From Turneriella sp. (GTDB lineage Bacteria; Spirochaetota; Leptospiria; Turneriellales; Turneriellaceae), in NCBI GenBank assembly GCA_965279515.1, contig CBDIID010000003.1, forward strand, positions 1,440,001 through 1,504,000: a stretch of DNA of 64,000 nt. The letters run 5' to 3'. Below are positions 58,412-64,000 of this stretch, one piece after another. Each line of letters opens with the position of its first letter. The first letter of the stretch is position 1. Position numbers and translations under genes: made by a program. The notes beneath the pieces were generated by a model. It saw only the letters and a program-made list of their open reading frames with translations, was not told where the DNA came from and ran no database searches.

Positions 58412-59208
58412 GGCAGATTTTCGAGAAACGGCATCGCCGCGGCAAGAAAAGCTTCGGGTGCTTCGGCATAGGGCTCATGCCCGCTGTCGATCATTTTGAG
58501 CTGCGCACCGGGGATAACCCCCGCGGCAAAACGACCGATACCGACGGGGATGACGGGATCGCGCTTTCCCCAAATCAGCAGCGCGGGTACCTTGAGGTGC
58601 CGCGCCGCCTCACGCAAATCATGCGCGGGCAAAAGGAAACTTTTCCACAGCGCCGCAAACATCTGCACCGACGCGGGATTCTTACGGCTCTGAATCTTCT
58701 TTAGAATGCGCAGCACATGCGGGGTTTTGATGCGGAGATACATCTGCGGAAAAAGATTCCACATCGCGCCGGCAATCCATTCGACGCCCATGATATTGCA
58801 GAAGATCTTTGCTTTCAAATCACCGGAGTTAAAGCCGCCGGAATTGATCAGTACTAGCCCGCGGGTATTTTCGGGGAACCGTAACGCATAACGCAGCGCC
58901 GCATACCCCCCGATAGAGTTGCCGACAAAAAAGGGCTTCTTAAGACCGAGCGCGGTAACGATTTCTGGCAAGGTGTCGGCAAGCTGCACCACGGTAGCAC
59001 TCCGCGGATCATGAGCAAAGCCCGATGCGCCATGCCCCGGCCAGTCGACGGCAATCACCCGGTATTTTTCGGCCAGCGCTGGCTGTATGAGATCGAAGTC
59101 ACTATGGTCGTGCGCGTTGGCGTGTAGCAGTACAAGCGGCTGCCCCTCGCCGCTTTCATAGACTGCAATCTTGCCTACCATCGTATCGACAAATCTTTGC
59201 TGAATCAT
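58408..59208 (-). CDS. Alpha/beta hydrolase
   Basis: DWPGHG, GNSIGG, WGKRDP, SGHEP. Confidence 0.92.
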   Translation of the reverse strand: MIQQRFVDTMVGKIAVYESGEGQPLVLLHANAHDHSDFDLIQPALAEKYRVIAVDWPGHGASGFAHDPRSATVVQLADTLPEIVTALGLKKPFFVGNSIGGYAALRYALRFPENTRGLVLINSGGFNSGDLKAKIFCNIMGVEWIAGAMWNLFPQMYLRIKTPHVLRILKKIQSRKNPASVQMFAALWKSFLLPAHDLREAARHLKVPALLIWGKRDPVIPVGIGRFAAGVIPGAQLKMIDSGHEPYAEAPEAFLAAAMPFLENLP

Positions 59209-59219
59209 AAATCCTCCAT

Positions 59220-59243
59220 ATATGACTGACTAGTCAGTCATAT
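59220..59243. promoter_or_regulatory. Perfect 24-bp palindrome, likely TetR operator
   Basis: ATATGACTGACTAGTCAGTCATAT just upstream of the hydrolase RBS. Confidence 0.8.
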
Positions 59244-59284
59244 CTAGCCATAAAGCGACCCGGTCAAGGCGAAAGACATCCCGA

Positions 59285-59312
59285 TTGACGCGGTGTCTCT
59301 AAAAGGTAAAAT
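59285..59312 (+). promoter_or_regulatory. Putative sigma70 promoter of fbaB
   Basis: TTGACG-16-TAAAAT-7-ATG. Confidence 0.55.
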
Positions 59313-59319
59313 TCCCGCC

Positions 59320-60381
59320 ATGTCCATGAAGATCAACGAAATCGAAAACCACCTCGGGTCGCATGCAGGCCTTTTGGCACACAAATGCAGCACTATTCCG
59401 AAAGAATCGCTCCACCTGCCCTCACCCGACGTTGTCGACCATATCTATACCCCCTCGAACCGCAACAACAACGTACTGCGCTCGATTCAGTCGATCATCG
59501 GCCACGGCCGCCTCGCCAACACCGGCTACGTTTCCATTCTTCCCGTGGACCAGGGTATCGAACATTCAGCAGGCGCTTCGTTTGCACCGAACCCGATCTT
59601 CTTCGATCCCGAAAACATCGTGAAACTCGCCATCGAAGGCGGCTGTAACGCTGTGGCTTCGACCTATGGCGTGCTGGCATCTGTCTCACGCAAATACGCG
59701 CACAAGATTCCTTTTATTGTGAAGATTAACCACAACGAATTTCTGTCCTACCCTAATAAGTACGACCAAATCATGTTCGGCAGCGTCGAAGAAGCGGCGG
59801 CGATGGGCGCTGTCGCCGTCGGCGCTACGATCTATTTCGGCAGCGACGAATCGGCGCGCCAGATCGTCGAAGTCGCGCAGGCATTCGAGCGCGCACATGA
59901 ACTGGGCCTGGCAACGATTCTGTGGTGCTACCTGAGAAACAGCGAGTTCAAAAAAGACGGCATCGACTACCATACATCGGCTGACCTCACGAGCCAGGCG
60001 AACCATTTGGGCGTTACGATCCAGGCCGATATCATCAAACAAAAACTGCCCACGAATAACGGCGGATATAACGCGCTGAAGTTCGGGAAAACGCACCCGA
60101 AAGTTTATTCAGAGCTTTCCAGTGACAATCCCATCGATCTGACGCGCTACCAGGTGGCGAACTGCTATATGGGCCGTATGGGCCTCATCAATTCAGGCGG
60201 CGAGTCAAAGGGTGCAACCGACCTGGCCGAAGCAGTGACCACAGCGGTGATCAACAAGCGCGCCGGCGGCATGGGTCTCATCTCGGGCCGCAAAGCATTC
60301 CAGAAACCGATGCAAGAAGGCGTCGCCCTGCTCAACGCGATCCAGGATGTCTATCTCTGCAAAGACGTTACGATAGCATAG
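59320..60381 (+). CDS. fbaB: Class I fructose-bisphosphate aldolase
   Basis: [39 protein letters not shown]. Confidence 0.96.
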   Translation: MSMKINEIENHLGSHAGLLAHKCSTIPKESLHLPSPDVVDHIYTPSNRNNNVLRSIQSIIGHGRLANTGYVSILPVDQGIEHSAGASFAPNPIFFDPENIVKLAIEGGCNAVASTYGVLASVSRKYAHKIPFIVKINHNEFLSYPNKYDQIMFGSVEEAAAMGAVAVGATIYFGSDESARQIVEVAQAFERAHELGLATILWCYLRNSEFKKDGIDYHTSADLTSQANHLGVTIQADIIKQKLPTNNGGYNALKFGKTHPKVYSELSSDNPIDLTRYQVANCYMGRMGLINSGGESKGATDLAEAVTTAVINKRAGGMGLISGRKAFQKPMQEGVALLNAIQDVYLCKDVTIA

Positions 60382-60403
60382 ATCAGGTGCGGCACATGCG
60401 CCG

Positions 60404-60865
60404 CTAGTTTTTTTCCCACATCAGGCTGGAACGCAGCTCGTGCCCGGTCTGGCGAATACGCCGGGCGAGGATGCGTGCGAGGTTGCGCATGACGATAAAG
60501 CCGAGGAGGCTATCCGCTTCGAATGCCGCATAGAGCGCATCGCGCTGTATCTTGAGAACAGTGCTCTCTTTATTCGCGATCGCCGTGGCCGAGCGGGGTT
60601 CACCGTCGATGAAGGCAAATTCGCCGAAAAGTTTGCCGGGTACGATCATGTGTATGGTGGCACTGTCGGTCTTACCCAATTGGCCCACGATCTGCACACG
60701 GCCCTCAGTCAGAATGTAGATGTCGGATGCAGTGCTGTGCTCATGGAAGATCTCCTGATTTTCCGAAAATTTTTCCTCGACCGTCGTATTCGCAATCGCT
60801 TGCAGCTGGGCCTCGCCAAGATCCTTAAAGAGTTCAAAGCCGGCGAGAAGTTTAACAATGTCCAT
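60404..60865 (-). CDS. Stand-alone cyclic nucleotide-binding domain protein
   Basis: [16 protein letters not shown]; no HTH. Confidence 0.88.
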   Translation of the reverse strand: MDIVKLLAGFELFKDLGEAQLQAIANTTVEEKFSENQEIFHEHSTASDIYILTEGRVQIVGQLGKTDSATIHMIVPGKLFGEFAFIDGEPRSATAIANKESTVLKIQRDALYAAFEADSLLGFIVMRNLARILARRIRQTGHELRSSLMWEKN

Positions 60866-60866
60866 A

Positions 60867-62933
60867 TTATTCCTGATTCTCCAGTATTGTTTTGCTGATC
60901 TGGTGTACATCACCCGCGACGACGCGCAGCGCATCCAGAATATCGACGAAAATATTCATGCCGGAGCTATCTTGCTCAGCGCCAGCCAGCAGGCTTTCCA
61001 GGTTGCGGCTCTGTACCTTTTTCGACATGAACTTCAGTTTCTTATAGAGCAAGCCGGATTCTTCGGCAAGCGGAATATTCCTGGCCTCAAAGGCTTTGAG
61101 GTTTTTCTCCAGCAGTTCCGCTATTTTTTCCAGCATAAAGCCAAGATCATGCCGCTGCTCTTCGCTGAAGGAGCCATACTTTTCAGCGCCCCCCTTCATG
61201 ACAGGTAAGACTTCTATCTGTAATGAGTTGGCCAGCTGGCGCATATCTTCGGCAAGATGAAGGTAATACGTGGCTTCGCGAGATTCATTGTTTGTCAGAG
61301 CGAGTTTCGCCAGGTCGCGCAGGTATCTTTTCACCGCATCGGAAAGAACCGCCACCTGGCGATTAGCCGTCTCAACGTGATTTTCCGCGGCAATCGTTTT
61401 GTCAGCCTGCCAGATATTATTTAAATCATGAACGGCGCCAAATACAATTTCTCCGGCACGCATCAGTTCGCGGCGGGTCTGTTCGAGCGATAGACTTGCG
61501 GATTTAATGTCGCCCGATTGAATATACTGCGGTTTAAAGACATCGACCGCAGTCGCGGAATCTTTGATCAGGAAACGCACTGTTTTTTCCATCACACTGA
61601 CAAAAGGCAGAAACAGAATTGTATTGATTACGTTAAAGAACATGTGCGCATTGGCAATAGCGCGGGAGATGTTTCCCGGCTCCATCGAATCCGTAATTTT
61701 CTTCACGAGTTCGGTAAACGGCGTAAGAAACGGGAAAAATACCATTACACCCAAAAAGTTAAAGAAGAAGTGGATGAGCGCGACGCGCTTGCCATCGCGG
61801 TTGGCGCCGATACTGCCCAGAACCGCAGTCATCGTTGTGCCGATGTTGGCCCCAAAGGCAATCACAATCGCGGCTTTTAACGTGAGGATGCCCTGCGTTG
61901 CCAACGCAATCGAAATACCGATCGCGGCCCCGCTCGACTGGATGATGCCAGTAAATAACGTTGAGACCGCCAAGCCCAATAGCGGTCTCTCACCAATCGA
62001 CGTCAGAAGATCGGTGAATGCCGGCACCGAACGCAAGGGATTCATCGAATCGCTCATGAGCCCCATGCCAAAGAAAATGAGACCAAAACCAAAGATGATC
62101 TGCCCCCCGTATTTGAGTGCCTGCGACTTGGAACCGAAGATGATCGATATAAAAAAACCCAGCGCTATGAGGAGCGGCGCATAATCCGAGATATTGAAGG
62201 CAATGAGCTGTACTGTAAGCGTGGTACCGATATTGCAACCGTAGATAACGCCGATCGCCTGCTTGAGCGTCATCAGCGTCGAGCTGACAAAACCGATCAC
62301 CATAACCGTCGTCGCACTCGAACTTTGTATCGCTGCGGTGGTCAGCGTGCCAACGACAACCCCCATAATCGGCTTATTGGTCAGCTTCCCGAGAATAATC
62401 CGCATTTTGTCGCCGGCGACCTTCTGTAAGCCCTCTGAACTGGCATCCATACCAAAAAGAAAGATCGCAAGACCGCCAAAGAGGCCAAGAATCAGAAACG
62501 TGATCCAGCCGCCGCGCAGCGCTTTCACACGAATTTCGACGGGCGCGGTTTCAAGCCTCGCGTTGTGGAATGCCTGGATAATATAGTCGCCCGGTTTATC
62601 ACCGATACGGAACGAGGTGCGGGCAAAGCCGTCTTTATCGGTGCGCAACTCCGTCGGATTCAGCTCTGCCTTAGAGCCAGGCGCGTGGCTGACATAGAAC
62701 CGCACAAGTTCTCCGGCGGCCGGCTGGCCGTTCTTTATAACCCGCACGGCAAGCCCTTGCGTGATAGTACCGGATTCGAGACCCGTCAGATTTTTTTGAC
62801 CGACCGGATACGAGTGGTTCTCCAATTTAAAGGTGTCAGCAGCTTCGAGAGCCCCGGACAACAGGAAAGCCGCGAAAGTGAGTTTTGTAAGACTAAGGCG
62901 AAAAGATGCGGACAGCATACGTACCATGTGCAA
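60867..62933 (-). CDS. Na/Pi cotransporter with N-terminal Ig-like domain and PhoU-like C-terminus
   Basis: QSSSATT and QSSGAA repeats, GCNIGTT/GANIGTT, IANAH; N-terminal TDKDGFA...GDKPGDY. Confidence 0.9.
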   Translation of the reverse strand: MHMVRMLSASFRLSLTKLTFAAFLLSGALEAADTFKLENHSYPVGQKNLTGLESGTITQGLAVRVIKNGQPAAGELVRFYVSHAPGSKAELNPTELRTDKDGFARTSFRIGDKPGDYIIQAFHNARLETAPVEIRVKALRGGWITFLILGLFGGLAIFLFGMDASSEGLQKVAGDKMRIILGKLTNKPIMGVVVGTLTTAAIQSSSATTVMVIGFVSSTLMTLKQAIGVIYGCNIGTTLTVQLIAFNISDYAPLLIALGFFISIIFGSKSQALKYGGQIIFGFGLIFFGMGLMSDSMNPLRSVPAFTDLLTSIGERPLLGLAVSTLFTGIIQSSGAAIGISIALATQGILTLKAAIVIAFGANIGTTMTAVLGSIGANRDGKRVALIHFFFNFLGVMVFFPFLTPFTELVKKITDSMEPGNISRAIANAHMFFNVINTILFLPFVSVMEKTVRFLIKDSATAVDVFKPQYIQSGDIKSASLSLEQTRRELMRAGEIVFGAVHDLNNIWQADKTIAAENHVETANRQVAVLSDAVKRYLRDLAKLALTNNESREATYYLHLAEDMRQLANSLQIEVLPVMKGGAEKYGSFSEEQRHDLGFMLEKIAELLEKNLKAFEARNIPLAEESGLLYKKLKFMSKKVQSRNLESLLAGAEQDSSGMNIFVDILDALRVVAGDVHQISKTILENQE

Positions 62934-63116
62934 AACCCCGGACGGGGCGCATAGTATATTTATGGATAGACTATTCTTTTATTGTCGACAGATTGTCATG
63001 CCCCAAAAACGTGCACCAACGTTCAGTAAATGCATGCCCTGTGCAAACGGAAATTGCTTTCTGATCGACCGGCAAGACTCTATACAAATTCTGGAATGGC
63101 TATTTACATAAAAGGT

Positions 63117-64000
63117 ATGGTAATGATGGTCTCTTCTGAAATACGCCGGCTCTCCCTGAAAATCGGTAAAATTAAAATCATTTTTGTCATCATGCCGCTG
63201 GCATTTGCCTGCAAAGCTGCCGAGCTGACGGCAAAACAGGCGGGCTGCCCGGATGCTAAAAATATTCCCGGCGAAATGGCGTGTGTGCCGGCCGGCACAT
63301 ACCTGCTCGGCAGCGACCTGACCGACTTTACCTCTGAACTCAATGAATTGTCTGCCTTTAAAACGCATAACGCCGATCTTTCGGGGTTTCTCATCGACAA
63401 ATACGAAGTCACAACAAAGGCCTACTCAGCCTGCGTTGCCGCGGGTAAATGCACGCCTGCGCGATCGAATTACCCGCATATGCGCGGGGATAACCAGCCG
63501 CAACTCAAAGCCAACTGGTTTCAGGCGGATGCATACTGCAAGGCTATGGGCAAACGGCTCCCCACTGAGGCCGAATTCGAAGCGGCTAGCCGCGGTCCCG
63601 CGGGTGAAATGTTCCCGTGGGGCAACGAGCCTGTAACCTGCGAACGCGCCGTTATCCAGGACGCAACCGGGCGCGGCTGTTTTGGCCACGAAGGTAAAGG
63701 CAAAATCGCCACGCCGAAAAAATTCGAACATACGGGTTCGACATGGGAAGTCGGTTCAAAGCCCGCAGGCCGCTACGGCCTCTACGATATGGCCGGGAAT
63801 GCCCAGGAATGGGTCAGCGACTGGTTTGAAAAAAGCTTAGAGCGCTGCGGCGCAGCATGTACGCAAAAAAATCCCCAGGGGCCCTGCGGCGGCAAAACAG
63901 CCTGTGCAGGACATAAGATGAAGGTTGTGAAAGGCGGTTCGTGGTACTGGGGACCAATCTCTGCGCGAGCCGCCACACGACGCGCGTACGAACCTAAAAA
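63117..64000 (+). CDS. FGE-sulfatase (SUMF1-like) domain lipoprotein, partial
   Basis: Own translation: LAFAC, IDKYEVT, KRLPTEAEFE, FPWGN, YGLYDMAGNAQEW, KGGSW; open to window end. Confidence 0.88.
   Translation, partial: MVMMVSSEIRRLSLKIGKIKIIFVIMPLAFACKAAELTAKQAGCPDAKNIPGEMACVPAGTYLLGSDLTDFTSELNELSAFKTHNADLSGFLIDKYEVTTKAYSACVAAGKCTPARSNYPHMRGDNQPQLKANWFQADAYCKAMGKRLPTEAEFEAASRGPAGEMFPWGNEPVTCERAVIQDATGRGCFGHEGKGKIATPKKFEHTGSTWEVGSKPAGRYGLYDMAGNAQEWVSDWFEKSLERCGAACTQKNPQGPCGGKTACAGHKMKVVKGGSWYWGPISARAATRRAYEPK

Noticed and set aside
1..64000. tRNA, rRNA, riboswitch, integrase or transposase genes
   Set aside because: None recognised by eye; intergenic spaces are short. A covariance-model search would be needed to exclude small RNAs.

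Overview
GC-rich bacterial chromosomal segment, probably from a free-living Leptospiraceae spirochaete (Turneriella/Leptonema-like; inferred from the gene families, not tested by search). It carries housekeeping genes (lpdA, gmhA, RluA-family synthase, serS, carA, gatC, fbaB, Opp-type permeases), many signalling genes (PAS-GGDEF-EAL, 7TM-DISM cyclase, degenerate EAL, HDOD, ECF/FecR pair, ECF41 sigma, PAS hybrid kinase, two TetR operons with perfect 24-bp operators), and a defence/TA-rich region at about 42.5-52 kb (vsr/EcoRII-like/dcm, two vapBC, hicBA, a nucleotidyltransferase pair, a decayed ParE module). Best candidate for an undescribed system: a DUF559 (Vsr-like) endonuclease gene bracketed by two 115-bp direct repeats, each a REP-like inverted doublet, with related solo palindromes elsewhere in the window (one in frame inside a CDS). 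It resembles a REP/RAYT unit but with a PD-(D/E)XK-type nuclease. Other oddities: a 76-bp MITE-like element, an in-frame TAA-TAG splitting a PAS kinase, a 33-bp duplication around a desaturase-like gene, internally deleted gene remnants and several apparently leaderless sigma70 promoters. I saw no rRNA, tRNA or CRISPR array. All product calls come from motif recognition by eye.
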